A stretch of 64,000 bases of DNA from a virus (lineage: Duplodnaviria > Caudoviricetes), in the IMG/VR virus record IMGVR_UViG_3300029288_000060, positions 1 through 64,000 of that record. One strand, 5' to 3'. The notes beneath the pieces were generated by a model. It was not told the origin of the DNA and did not search any database. It worked only from the letters and a program-made list of their open reading frames with translations. Shown here piece after piece: positions 54,641-64,000 of the stretch (positions within the stretch are counted from its first letter, which is position 1; every line of letters starts with the position of its first letter). The position numbers and the translations under genes were made by a program.

Positions 54641-57145
54641 ATGCCTTTTTTAACTAAAACTACAAACAAGATTCAAGCCACTCCAACTGGTGCAGACTTT
54701 AATAATCCCAGTCCAGTATTAAAAGATATTTTACATATAGTTACTCCCGCTGAAGAAATATCTAAAATTATTGTACTTCCTTTTCAATATGATATTGGGA
54801 TTTATTCTTTAGAGGTATATGTTAATGGGCATTTTAAAAGAAGTATACAAACTATAGATGGAACTCAATATGGAGATTATACTGAAAATACTAATTTTTC
54901 AGTTACCTTTGAAACTGGAGTAATTTTAACAGGTTATCAAGTTAGGTTTAGAGTAACCGCAAATAGTTATGATTATAGTTCAAGAAATAATAATAATATT
55001 GAACAATTATCAAGAACTATTTATGGAAGAGAATCTTCAGAAATGTTAAGAGGCACTGCAGTTGGTTATGGAGTGACTGAAGTTAATGCATTAGCATATG
55101 GAAGTGCATATGATGATGTAACCATACAAGCTGCAATTAATGGAATTGGAAGTGACGAAAGAACTTTAATAATTCCAATCGGAACATGGAGTATAGATTC
55201 TGACATTACAGTTCCTGAGAATATTAATTTAAAGATAGTTAAAGGAGCTATATTAACAATTACAACAGGAATAACCTTAACAATTAATGGATCATTTGAA
55301 GCAGGTTTATATCAAGTATTTGATTGTGTAGGAACAGGAACTGTTTATAATTTAAAATTAGTATATCCTGAATGGTTTGGAGCCTTAGGAGATAATGTTA
55401 ATGATGATTCTGATGCATTTAATGCTTCAAATGATGCTTTACCAACATCAGGTGGAGTTATTCAATTAGAAAGTAGAACCTATTATCTTATTACAAAAAT
55501 GACTGTTACCAAACCTATTTCTATATTAGGAAAAGGTCCAAATAAAACATTTATTAGAAGTGCAAAAAGACAAGCTCCAAATGGAAATTATTCTTCGTCA
55601 ACTGCAATTTATGCAAATGGTATAGATGGACTTAGAATAAGTGGAATTACTTTTGATGGGGATGTTACAACATTTGTGAATGTTGATGCAGATGACTCAT
55701 GGATGCAATCACCAATCGAGATTGTGTCTAGTTCAAATATAATAATTGAAGATTGTAATTTTACTAAATGGTTTTCAGGATTACCAGCAACTATTGCAGA
55801 TGCTACATATAAAGTTGGTGCAATATTTATTTATACTTGTGAACATATTATAATTGATAATGTTGAGCATATTTCAACTATATCAAGTCCTTCTTATGGT
55901 GATTGTTTAATGGCGATTGATGTTGTTGATATTTGTGTTGAAGGACTCACACAAACTTTTGCTACAAATAATGCCACTCCAATAAATATTTGGGGGGAAC
56001 ATACACAAGGTGTTATTATTAAAGATTTTAACATAGAAAATAATGCAGGAAGTGCAATCAATTTAGGCGGTCTGGGGGATTTTCAAATTTTAGGAGGCAG
56101 AATAACTAGTGGCAAAGGAATTGATTTGTCTAACGAATCTATGTGGAGTCAATATCTAACTCATCCAAATATGTATAATGTATTAATACATGGAACATCT
56201 TTTGTAGATTGTGCTGACTCATTTATAGTAATAGGTGATATGAGATCAGGTCAAGCAGTATCAAGTCACGACATTATTGTTTCTGGAGTTACAGTTCGTG
56301 CAACAACTGGTTTTCAACCAAAATATATAGTAGTGGGAAATGCAGACCATGCTTTAATCAATGGTAATAGTCTTAATGGTGGCGGCGTTCAAGTATCATA
56401 TTGTAGAGAAACCACAATTATTGGTAATATATTGAATGGCAGATATTATTCAGGAGCAGGTCAAGAAAACGGAATTAAAATATGGACTAGGAGTGATCAT
56501 GCTGAAGAATTTGATATTTTAATTAAAGAAAATACTATTATGAACTGGGAGGATGGTCCTATTGTAGTAAATACTTTCTTTGATTCTAATTATACAAATG
56601 TTAGTATTATTAATAATGATTTTATTCAACGTATTGCTCCAACATCTGGACAATATATAACAATAGTCAATCCATTATATGCTCTAAATGTATTAACTAT
56701 TATAGGAAATAGAGTAAATAATCTTGATTATGTTCCCATGATTGGAACTGATATTGAAATGTATTATACCACTCTTAACTTGGGAACAGGACAATCTTAT
56801 GTTGGTTCTTTTACAAGAGATATTGCTACAGCATCTGGTAATCAAACTATATCAGGTGTAGGATTCAGACCCAGAATGATATTTTTTCATGTTGCTCAAG
56901 ATGATGGTAATGTAGCATCTTGGGGGTTTTGTGATTCTGCAGCATCAGGGTCTACTTTTAATAAAGACACCGTTTTGGCAGGAACTTTTGGTTATAATGC
57001 AAGTTTAATTAAAGTTGTAAAAGGAGCTGCAGACACATATACTGGTGTATTATCAACATTTAATGATGATGGCTTTGTTATTTCATGGACAAAAGCAGGT
57101 TCACCAACTGGGACAATAACTTGCAGTTATATAGCTATTAAATAG
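54641..57145 (+). CDS. Tailspike / receptor-binding protein
   Basis: N-terminus paralogous to 50594; YPEWFGALGD..NDDS; beta-helix; C-terminal GVGFRP. Confidence 0.8.
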   Translation: MPFLTKTTNKIQATPTGADFNNPSPVLKDILHIVTPAEEISKIIVLPFQYDIGIYSLEVYVNGHFKRSIQTIDGTQYGDYTENTNFSVTFETGVILTGYQVRFRVTANSYDYSSRNNNNIEQLSRTIYGRESSEMLRGTAVGYGVTEVNALAYGSAYDDVTIQAAINGIGSDERTLIIPIGTWSIDSDITVPENINLKIVKGAILTITTGITLTINGSFEAGLYQVFDCVGTGTVYNLKLVYPEWFGALGDNVNDDSDAFNASNDALPTSGGVIQLESRTYYLITKMTVTKPISILGKGPNKTFIRSAKRQAPNGNYSSSTAIYANGIDGLRISGITFDGDVTTFVNVDADDSWMQSPIEIVSSSNIIIEDCNFTKWFSGLPATIADATYKVGAIFIYTCEHIIIDNVEHISTISSPSYGDCLMAIDVVDICVEGLTQTFATNNATPINIWGEHTQGVIIKDFNIENNAGSAINLGGLGDFQILGGRITSGKGIDLSNESMWSQYLTHPNMYNVLIHGTSFVDCADSFIVIGDMRSGQAVSSHDIIVSGVTVRATTGFQPKYIVVGNADHALINGNSLNGGGVQVSYCRETTIIGNILNGRYYSGAGQENGIKIWTRSDHAEEFDILIKENTIMNWEDGPIVVNTFFDSNYTNVSIINNDFIQRIAPTSGQYITIVNPLYALNVLTIIGNRVNNLDYVPMIGTDIEMYYTTLNLGTGQSYVGSFTRDIATASGNQTISGVGFRPRMIFFHVAQDDGNVASWGFCDSAASGSTFNKDTVLAGTFGYNASLIKVVKGAADTYTGVLSTFNDDGFVISWTKAGSPTGTITCSYIAIK

Positions 57146-57161
57146 AAAGGAATAATTCCAT

Positions 57162-57764
57162 ATGCTAACAAAACTTCAGTCAATATTTCCAGGTACTAAA
57201 ACTTCTGTATTAGAATTATATGTAGATCCATTAATTAATACATTTGATAAGTATGATATTAATACTTCTTTAAGACAGGCTGGTTTTATTGCACAAGTTG
57301 GGCATGAATCTTCTGGTTTAAGAATAATTAAAGAGAATCTAAATTATTCAGCAAGTGGGTTAAAATCTGTCTTTAAGAAGTATTTTCCTGGTGATTTAGC
57401 CTATGAATATGCGAGAAATCCAGAAATGATTGCAAATCGAGTTTATGCTAATAGAATGGGTAACGGAGATGAAGAATCAGGAGACGGATGGAGATATAGA
57501 GGAAGAGGATTAATTCAAATAACAGGAAAGAATAATTATTCTGATTTAGTAAATGAATTTAATATGAATTTAGAAGATGTTCCTGACTGGTTAGAAACTC
57601 CAGAAGGTGCTACATTAAGTGCTGGATGGTTTTGGAATAGTCGAGGATTAAATGAATATGCAGACATGGAAGATATAATTGAGATGACTAAATTAATTAA
57701 TGGTGGATTAAATGGAATAGATGATAGGGAGGCTATTTATAAAAAATCTTTAACTGTTTTTTAA
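57162..57764 (+). CDS. Endolysin, glycoside hydrolase family 19
   Basis: FIAQVGHES, ENLNYS, YANRMGNG, YRGRGLIQITGKNNY, INGGLNG. Confidence 0.92.
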   Translation: MLTKLQSIFPGTKTSVLELYVDPLINTFDKYDINTSLRQAGFIAQVGHESSGLRIIKENLNYSASGLKSVFKKYFPGDLAYEYARNPEMIANRVYANRMGNGDEESGDGWRYRGRGLIQITGKNNYSDLVNEFNMNLEDVPDWLETPEGATLSAGWFWNSRGLNEYADMEDIIEMTKLINGGLNGIDDREAIYKKSLTVF

Positions 57765-57791
57765 AAATTAAATTGGGGGACAATTTAAATT

Positions 57792-57941
57792 ATGATGGGA
57801 TTTTACCAAGAGTTTAAAAAATTAATCTATTTGTTTATTCTAATTCTTATACTTGTTTTTATTCTAGGAGTATTAATGAGTTTAGCTGTTCCAAAATTAT
57901 GGATTATTGTTAAACCAATTATTCATCAATTAACTATGTAG
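57792..57941 (+). CDS. 49-aa membrane protein (not in ORF track)
   Basis: MMGFYQEFKKLIYLFILILILVFILGVLMSLAVPKLW... Confidence 0.5.
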   Translation: MMGFYQEFKKLIYLFILILILVFILGVLMSLAVPKLWIIVKPIIHQLTM

Positions 57942-57953
57942 GAGAAATATTAT

Positions 57954-58271
57954 ATGGCATCAAAAACTAAAAAAAATAAGGGTTATATATTTGATAAAGA
58001 ATCACTGACTATACGTGGTTCTGCGGTTAACTTATTTTTCACTGCTGTACTTATTTTTTTGATAGCATATGGTGCATTTAGTGCAAAAGTTGCATCTAAT
58101 CTTAAATCATTAGAAACATTAATTATTGGGGTTTATGCAATTTCTTTTGGAGTATGGCAAGGAAAGAAACTTATTGAAAATAGAACTAATGGAAATTGTA
58201 ATAACAATAATTCAGATGAAGTAGAGAAAATGAGAGAACGAGATAGGAAAGATAGAGGGTTGGAGGATTAA
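57954..58271 (+). CDS. Putative holin
   Basis: Two hydrophobic segments, charged C-terminus, next to endolysin. Confidence 0.6.
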   Translation: MASKTKKNKGYIFDKESLTIRGSAVNLFFTAVLIFLIAYGAFSAKVASNLKSLETLIIGVYAISFGVWQGKKLIENRTNGNCNNNNSDEVEKMRERDRKDRGLED

Positions 58272-58272
58272 T

Positions 58273-58629
58273 ATGATAGGAAATATTATTAAATATAAAT
58301 GGTTTATATTAGCTGGGGTAATACTAATAGCTTTCATATTTATAGCATATACATATGGTTCTTATCATCCAAGTCCAAATAGTGCGGTAATTCAAGAATA
58401 CGTTAAAACTAAATTAAACGAGGAAAAAACGAAGTATAATGAGTTAATTAAAAAGAAAAATGAGCAAATAATTCAATTGAATAAAGATTTAGAAAAGAGT
58501 CAGAAGGTTGTAAATCAGAAACAAACTGAGATTAGAAATTTAAAAAATCAAATGACTAATATTAAAGCTCCACAAAACTTAACCGAAATTAGACAAAGAT
58601 TAAATGCTTTAGGATACCCAACTAAGTAA
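58273..58629 (+). CDS. Putative spanin-like protein (N-terminal TM plus coiled coil)
   Basis: Topology and lysis-cassette position. Confidence 0.55.
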   Translation: MIGNIIKYKWFILAGVILIAFIFIAYTYGSYHPSPNSAVIQEYVKTKLNEEKTKYNELIKKKNEQIIQLNKDLEKSQKVVNQKQTEIRNLKNQMTNIKAPQNLTEIRQRLNALGYPTK

Positions 58630-58641
58630 AGGAGATAAAAA

Positions 58642-59085
58642 ATGTCTTTCAGCCCAGAATTAAAAAGTATATTGGATAAACTTGCTACAAAAATGGCAAA
58701 ATTACATACTACAGATTCAATGGCAGATACACTGAAATTAAAGGTTCAGGCACATTTTTATAGTCTAAAAAATGATGCAATGAAGAAAGGTGATAAGCTA
58801 AGACTCAACAAACTAAAACAGAGAGAAAAAAAGTTTATTGATAGAATTAATAATGGAATAAAAAATAGAAAAATAAAACTTAGTAATGAAATAAATGAAC
58901 TATCTAAGAAAGCTAAAGAAATGTCTGGTAAAGAATTGGCTGCTAAGGTTAAAATGGGAAAGACATCAATGAAAAAACCAGTTCTTATTGGTGCTGGGGT
59001 TATAGCAGCTGCTTTGGCGTCAGCATATGCTTTAGCTAAAGCTAAGCAAAAGAAAAGAATAGAACAATTAAAAAAGAAAAAATGA
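58642..59085 (+). CDS. Lys-rich protein with C-terminal Gly/Ala hydrophobic segment, resembling 13533 ORF
   Basis: VLIGAGVIAAALASAYALAKAK. Confidence 0.55.
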   Translation: MSFSPELKSILDKLATKMAKLHTTDSMADTLKLKVQAHFYSLKNDAMKKGDKLRLNKLKQREKKFIDRINNGIKNRKIKLSNEINELSKKAKEMSGKELAAKVKMGKTSMKKPVLIGAGVIAAALASAYALAKAKQKKRIEQLKKKK

Positions 59086-59507
59086 GGTCAACAAAAATGA
59101 AAACTAATAAACAAATCCTAATAATATTCTTCTTATCTATAATGTTTCTAATTCCTTTTACTATTAATGTTAATGCTCAAAATATTTGTTTTACTCAAGA
59201 AGATAGTAAAAGATTAGTAATTGAATTAGAAAGGGGTAGGTTAATAGAAAAGAATTTAATATTATTAGAACAGCAAAATCAAGAATTGGTAAAGCAAATT
59301 GAGATTCTTAAACAACAGAATCAATTATTACAAGAACAATTTCAAGCTGCAAATGAATTACTAAAGAAAAATGAAGAATTAAATAAACTTAGGATTGATG
59401 GTTTAGAAAATGATTTAAAGGAAGCTAAAAAACCAAGATGGGGAAGTTTATTTAGTTCATTTAGTTTAGGTGCTTTAAGTGCATTTGCAGTTATATTGTT
59501 ATTTTAA
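59082..59507 (+). CDS. Putative spanin-like coiled-coil membrane protein
   Basis: N-terminal signal/TM, coiled coil, C-terminal hydrophobic tail. Confidence 0.5.
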   Translation: MRSTKMKTNKQILIIFFLSIMFLIPFTINVNAQNICFTQEDSKRLVIELERGRLIEKNLILLEQQNQELVKQIEILKQQNQLLQEQFQAANELLKKNEELNKLRIDGLENDLKEAKKPRWGSLFSSFSLGALSAFAVILLF

Positions 59508-59524
59508 AAGGAGACTAATATAGT

Positions 59525-60007
59525 ATGAATAAATTTAAATTAATTGTAACTACATTATGGGTTTATTGGTTATGTCCAGCATGGTCATTCATAATTAATC
59601 TGTTTTATTTTATTAAGTATATCAATAAATATAAGTATGTTCAATCTCAAAAAAATATGTTCAAAAAGATGAGTTTAAATCAAGTTATGAATATTTTTAA
59701 ATGGAAAGCAGATAAATTAAAAGATTGGATTCCATGGGTATATAATATAATAGTAAATGATTTATATGATGATTGTGATGGTGCTGCAATAATAGCAAAG
59801 TATTGGTATAAAGAAAATAATATACATTCAAGACTTGGATTTTTATATAATAATGATTTCTCTAAAGGACATTGTATTTGTATAAAAGAAGATAATACTG
59901 AGTTTATTTCTAATAATCAAATAATTAAAATAAAACCTATGTATTGGAAACAAGATATATTACGTTATTTTAATCATGAATATACTATATTATTTGAAAG
60001 ATTTTAA
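59525..60007 (+). CDS. Hypothetical protein, possible Cys protease/transglutaminase-like fold
   Basis: DDCDGAA...GHCICI motifs; N-terminal TM. Confidence 0.5.
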   Translation: MNKFKLIVTTLWVYWLCPAWSFIINLFYFIKYINKYKYVQSQKNMFKKMSLNQVMNIFKWKADKLKDWIPWVYNIIVNDLYDDCDGAAIIAKYWYKENNIHSRLGFLYNNDFSKGHCICIKEDNTEFISNNQIIKIKPMYWKQDILRYFNHEYTILFERF

Positions 60008-60207
60008 ATAATTTTTAAAAACTTCCGATCTTACTATAATTATTGAACAAAAATTAAATCAGAAGTAAACCCCACCAAATCTAATATCCGTAAATAGAGT
60101 TAAACGGATTATATAATATATAAACGGATATTTGTCAAAAAACTATCTATAAATCAAAAACAAACCATACAGTATCAAAAATTTTTTTCTAGGAGATCCA
60201 ACAAAAT

Positions 60208-60519
60208 ATGAAAGACACTAACTTAACAAGTATTAACAGACTTTCAAAAAGAATTTTAAAAGTTATGGAAAGTATCATCAGTGATAAAAATGAAACGTTG
60301 AATATGTTAATTGAAAGGTTAGAGTCTGACAATGATCCAAATCCGTCGGAATTATATTTGTTGGAATCTCTATATCAATTAAGAGAAAAGATATTGTTAA
60401 CTGAATCAAGGATAAATAACTATATTATAAATGAACAAAAAGAAACTCTATTAGGTAATAAATTAGATAACTTATATAAAAATACTCAATCAAAGGGAAC
60501 ATCAATTTTATTTGATTAA
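60208..60519 (+). CDS. Hypothetical protein
   Basis: SD AGGAG; ORF track. Confidence 0.65.
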   Translation: MKDTNLTSINRLSKRILKVMESIISDKNETLNMLIERLESDNDPNPSELYLLESLYQLREKILLTESRINNYIINEQKETLLGNKLDNLYKNTQSKGTSILFD

Positions 60520-60535
60520 TAGAGGAATATAAAAA

Positions 60536-60991
60536 ATGGGCGATGAATTAAGTAAACAAGATTTATTTATATTGATGGATTCTTACAAAAATAATATACA
60601 GTTGAACACTACAATTTTAGAACAACAAAGACAGATATTAATAATGAATGATAATTTTATTGAAAAACAAAAAGATTTATGTGATTCAGTGGATAATTTA
60701 GTTGATAGATTATCGGAATGCTCAAAAATATTAATTGATAATCATGTAGTTTTAAATAGTTCTATAACTCATATGGAAACTTCAATTAGAACAACTTTAG
60801 AAACAATGGTAAATAAATTATTAATAGAGTCAAATACTAATTGTGCAAAATTAACTTTAGACCATTCTAAATTAAGTAATAAGATATATATAGCAATGGG
60901 AGGAATGGTAACAATAATTTTATCTATTATTGGTTTGATGATAACATTTTTAAACAAATTTCACTCACTTGCAATTTGTTCTGTAAAGTAA
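60536..60991 (+). CDS. Coiled-coil protein with C-terminal TM helix
   Basis: IYIAMGGMVTIILSIIGLMITFL. Confidence 0.65.
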   Translation: MGDELSKQDLFILMDSYKNNIQLNTTILEQQRQILIMNDNFIEKQKDLCDSVDNLVDRLSECSKILIDNHVVLNSSITHMETSIRTTLETMVNKLLIESNTNCAKLTLDHSKLSNKIYIAMGGMVTIILSIIGLMITFLNKFHSLAICSVK

Positions 60992-61026
60992 TATTATCTC
61001 TTAAATCGTTTTTTAGTAGGAGAAAA

Positions 61027-61965
61027 ATGAAAATATGTCCTGGAACTAAACCGTATTTAATTTATTTAAACCATAGTAATAAGAAATTTGAAGCCAAATT
61101 AAAAAAAATAATATTAGAAAATATACATAATATTGAAGTTAAAACGTTTAAGGTAAAAAGCGAAATACTTCAAATTGATGATATAATAATGGCGGATTTA
61201 ATTATTACTGATTTACTTTTTTGTGAAAATAGTTTAAATAAATTTCGAAATAATATACATGAGATATATCAAAAACCAATTATAGTTCCATTTTTATTAC
61301 TTACAAAAGGAAATGAGTTTGATTCAGAAAAAATTTCTTTTATTAATGATTTTCCAGATTTGATTTTTGATTTTGTTAATGAAGATTTATTCCATTCATT
61401 TTTATTAATTAATAGAATTAAAGTATTATTAAATATTCCCAGAATAGTAAAAGTGTCAAATGTTAAAGCCGAACATTTACAAATGAACTTATGGAAATTA
61501 TTAGATTATTCTAATTTCTTTGCAATAATTTTAGATAGTAATTTAAAGATTAAAACAATTAATTATCATTTAAGTAAAATACTTGGTTATGGTGATCAAA
61601 GTGCTTTAATAAATGAAGACTGGGTAAAATTTTTAAAACCTACAGAAATAGACGTTATTAAATATGTACATGAACAAATTACAAATAATAATAAAGATTA
61701 TAATGAATTCACAAATGATATAATAGATTCAGATAAAAATATTATTACGGTTAAATGGTTTAATACATTAATTAATCATAATTATAATTGGGTATTTTCT
61801 ATTGGAGTGCCATTAACTAAAGAACCTACTTTAAATGAAGATATAGATAGTATTAGATCATATTTTAGAGATATATTAGAACAAGATAAAACAACAATAA
61901 ATGCTATGAGAGAAGTGGCTAAAAAGAATTCAACTAAATTTTTAAAAGATAATGAAAGGAAATAA
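61027..61965 (+). CDS. Receiver-like plus PAS domain protein (start reassigned to ATG 61027)
   Basis: DLIITDLL...VPFLLLT (receiver-like); IILDSNLKIKTIN...ILGY...L.NEDW...ITVKWFNT (PAS). Confidence 0.65.
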   Translation: MKICPGTKPYLIYLNHSNKKFEAKLKKIILENIHNIEVKTFKVKSEILQIDDIIMADLIITDLLFCENSLNKFRNNIHEIYQKPIIVPFLLLTKGNEFDSEKISFINDFPDLIFDFVNEDLFHSFLLINRIKVLLNIPRIVKVSNVKAEHLQMNLWKLLDYSNFFAIILDSNLKIKTINYHLSKILGYGDQSALINEDWVKFLKPTEIDVIKYVHEQITNNNKDYNEFTNDIIDSDKNIITVKWFNTLINHNYNWVFSIGVPLTKEPTLNEDIDSIRSYFRDILEQDKTTINAMREVAKKNSTKFLKDNERK

Positions 61966-62231
61966 TGTATATGTCTAATTTGAATTGTGCTTTTTGTAAT
62001 CCAAAGAAGGTAGATTGGGAAGAATCTGGGTTTTATGGGTATAGGTGCAAAGCATGTCAAGGGCCAACTGCATTTATTTTAAGAAGTGACCACTCAGGTA
62101 ACTTAACAGAGGAAGAGAAAAAACTGGTTGAAAATTTATGCGAAAAACATTATCCAGATTTAAAAATCAAATGGATCTCTGAAAAGAGAAAAAATATGAC
62201 TCATTGGTATGATTTTTTAATACCCAAGTAA
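61965..62231 (+). CDS. Small zinc-binding hypothetical protein
   Basis: CAFC...CKAC...H...HW. Confidence 0.6.
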   Translation: MYMSNLNCAFCNPKKVDWEESGFYGYRCKACQGPTAFILRSDHSGNLTEEEKKLVENLCEKHYPDLKIKWISEKRKNMTHWYDFLIPK

Positions 62232-62246
62232 AAGGATAGCTAATTC

Positions 62247-62738
62247 ATGAAACTATACCAAATATATTTAGCAGAAAAAAATACTAAGATACACCCAAAA
62301 TTAAAATCTGGAGCTTCATGGTTTGCAGCAACACCTGCATCTGACGTTGCGTTAGCGGTAGGAATGGGAGGAAAATCATATAGAGCAGGCAAAGCTGCTG
62401 GGCTTGCAGGTAAAACAATTGCAAAAAATGTTACTTTACATACAGCTAAAGGTGCAGCAATAAGTCTCGCTGCGTATGCTGCTTATAGAGTAATTAGATC
62501 TTGGTTTGATAAATGCGAGAAACAATGTGGAAGACTTGAAATAAATACTCCAAAAAGGCAATTATGTAAATTATTATGTAAAAAAGGTTTTTTACAAAAA
62601 TCTATTCAACAATTAAATAAAGAAAAAAATGGAGAAACAGACCCAAAGAAAGTTAATAAAATTAAACAAAAGATTGATAGATTTAATGTTAAATTAATTG
62701 ATACGAATAAAAAGATTGTATTATATAAAAAATTATAA
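62247..62738 (+). CDS. Basic Cys-rich putative virion protein, paralog of 12563
   Basis: Ala/Gly segment followed by FDKCEKQCG...RQLCKLLC. Confidence 0.6.
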   Translation: MKLYQIYLAEKNTKIHPKLKSGASWFAATPASDVALAVGMGGKSYRAGKAAGLAGKTIAKNVTLHTAKGAAISLAAYAAYRVIRSWFDKCEKQCGRLEINTPKRQLCKLLCKKGFLQKSIQQLNKEKNGETDPKKVNKIKQKIDRFNVKLIDTNKKIVLYKKL

Positions 62739-62759
62739 CTTTAAAGGAGTTTAAATCAA

Positions 62760-63239
62760 ATGGGACAAGCAACCATTATAGATAGTTTAGCAACAAATAC
62801 TCTTCCTGAATATATAATTGTACAATATCAGGATATAGAAGGAGTGCAAGCAAATTCTGATTCAACTGCATTGATTGAAATTGAATTACTAGGATTATAT
62901 AATACAGAACCTTCATACAGAGAAGCTCCAAGAACAATGTTAACTGGTAAATCATATGCAATAGATTTAGCTGGTATTTCAATTTCTTGCTTGTCTACCA
63001 ATTATGGATTTAGACTATTAAATAGAAATGATATAACTTTAATTAATTCTATTTATGAAGTTATTGCATATACAAATATAAATTTATCAATGAGTGATAA
63101 TTTTTCAAGATTTATAATTAGGAATAGAGATATTGTATTGGATAACAAATTATATTTATACATTTCAAACTCAGGAATAGATACTGGACCAATTAATATA
63201 GAGTTAACTTATTTAAATATTCAAGATAGAGAATTTTAA
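62760..63239 (+). CDS. Hypothetical (probably structural) protein
   Basis: SD AAGGAG; 159 aa. Confidence 0.65.
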   Translation: MGQATIIDSLATNTLPEYIIVQYQDIEGVQANSDSTALIEIELLGLYNTEPSYREAPRTMLTGKSYAIDLAGISISCLSTNYGFRLLNRNDITLINSIYEVIAYTNINLSMSDNFSRFIIRNRDIVLDNKLYLYISNSGIDTGPINIELTYLNIQDREF

Positions 63240-63264
63240 ATAGTTTTATTAATATAGGAGAGGT

Positions 63265-64000
63265 ATGAGAATAAAACCAAGATCTCCAGTTTATCCAGGT
63301 GATAATGCAGTTTTTACCTCAGTAGAGTCATCAACTGCAAATATAGATTCTATAACCTTAACTAATCCCTTAGCTATTAATTATGGAGGAACTAATTCTA
63401 AAACAGTAAACTCGGCGCAATCTAATCTATCAATACCAGATATAAGTCATATACATAATACAGGAATAATCGGAGATATAACAATTAGTTTGGTAGGAAA
63501 TGTTATTAATGTTGGTTCTTGTCAGACTTTTATATTTAATAATTCAACTTATATCGGAGTCCCAGAATTATTTACAATTACAGAAAATTCATTTACAATT
63601 CCTTTAAACACAACTAAATATATTGTAATTAATTATAATAGTGGCAATCCGATATATCAAATGGTATCAGATTCTTATGATATAAATGAATCTAATGTCA
63701 TACCAGCTGTAACTGTAATGAATGATGATAATGAATTACATTATCGATCATATGCTTATTGGGGAACAGGTGAATTAAATAAACATAATCAAAGATTAAT
63801 ATATACAAGAAGATTTTTAAGAGAATCAGGATTTTCAATTTCAGAAGAAGCAAATAGAGTTATTATTGTCTCAGCTGGAAGAGTATGGTATGGAATTACT
63901 AGATATACTCTTCCTGAAATTAAAAGTAGTACTTCTAGATTATATTATTGGTATCATGATGAAACCGGAACTTGGATAAATAATGATAGTGATACATTTT
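63265..64000 (+). CDS. Partial ORF (runs off window), probable tail-fibre/structural protein
   Basis: SD AGGAGAGG; MRIKPRSP...PLAINYGGT...; open to window end. Confidence 0.7.
   Translation, partial: MRIKPRSPVYPGDNAVFTSVESSTANIDSITLTNPLAINYGGTNSKTVNSAQSNLSIPDISHIHNTGIIGDITISLVGNVINVGSCQTFIFNNSTYIGVPELFTITENSFTIPLNTTKYIVINYNSGNPIYQMVSDSYDINESNVIPAVTVMNDDNELHYRSYAYWGTGELNKHNQRLIYTRRFLRESGFSISEEANRVIIVSAGRVWYGITRYTLPEIKSSTSRLYYWYHDETGTWINNDSDTF

Noticed and set aside
39793-57145. Diversity-generating retroelement or invertible tail-fibre shufflon
   Set aside because: No reverse transcriptase or invertase in the window, no adenine-specific TR/VR pair noticed, all genes co-oriented
395-62982. 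Numerous short antisense or out-of-frame ORFs inside long genes (e.g. 395-637, 10568-10942, 23727-23960, 40068-40409)
   Set aside because: Shadow ORFs of well-supported genes, without SD or recognisable motifs
1-64000. Archaeal virus interpretation (TATA-like motif, PolB, PdaD)
   Set aside because: bS21, GroES, GH19 endolysin with holin/spanin-like genes and bacterial-type tRNAs point to a bacterial host

Overview
AT-rich 64-kb segment of a large tailed dsDNA bacteriophage with a T4-like head module, read in the standard genetic code with bacterial Shine-Dalgarno (SD) signals. From left to right: (1) replication/DNA-modification block (0.4-10 kb): family-4 UDG fused to a family-B DNA polymerase, QueE, ribosomal protein bS21, GroES, macrodomain, HNH, TGT/DpdA-like transglycosylase, DnaB-like helicase. 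(2) Head block (10-25 kb): acidic core proteins, intein-containing portal, prohead protease, major capsid. (3) Mostly minus-strand accessory block (25-35.5 kb): tRNA-Gln, tRNA-Leu, an atypical tRNA-like RNA, NAD-dependent ligase, deaminase, many small genes. (4) Tailspike/LamG receptor-binding block (36.6-57 kb). (5) Lysis cassette and further late genes. The stand-out observation is at 26.2-27.35 kb: a solitary Cas7/RAMP-like gene directly followed, on the same strand, by a hairpin-flanked, apparently non-coding 315-nt array of about 61 degenerate pentamers (NNN-G-Y). No CRISPR repeats or other cas genes are present. This is a candidate minimal RNA-guided system with a non-contiguous guide code. 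All calls come from manual motif recognition; no database searches were run.
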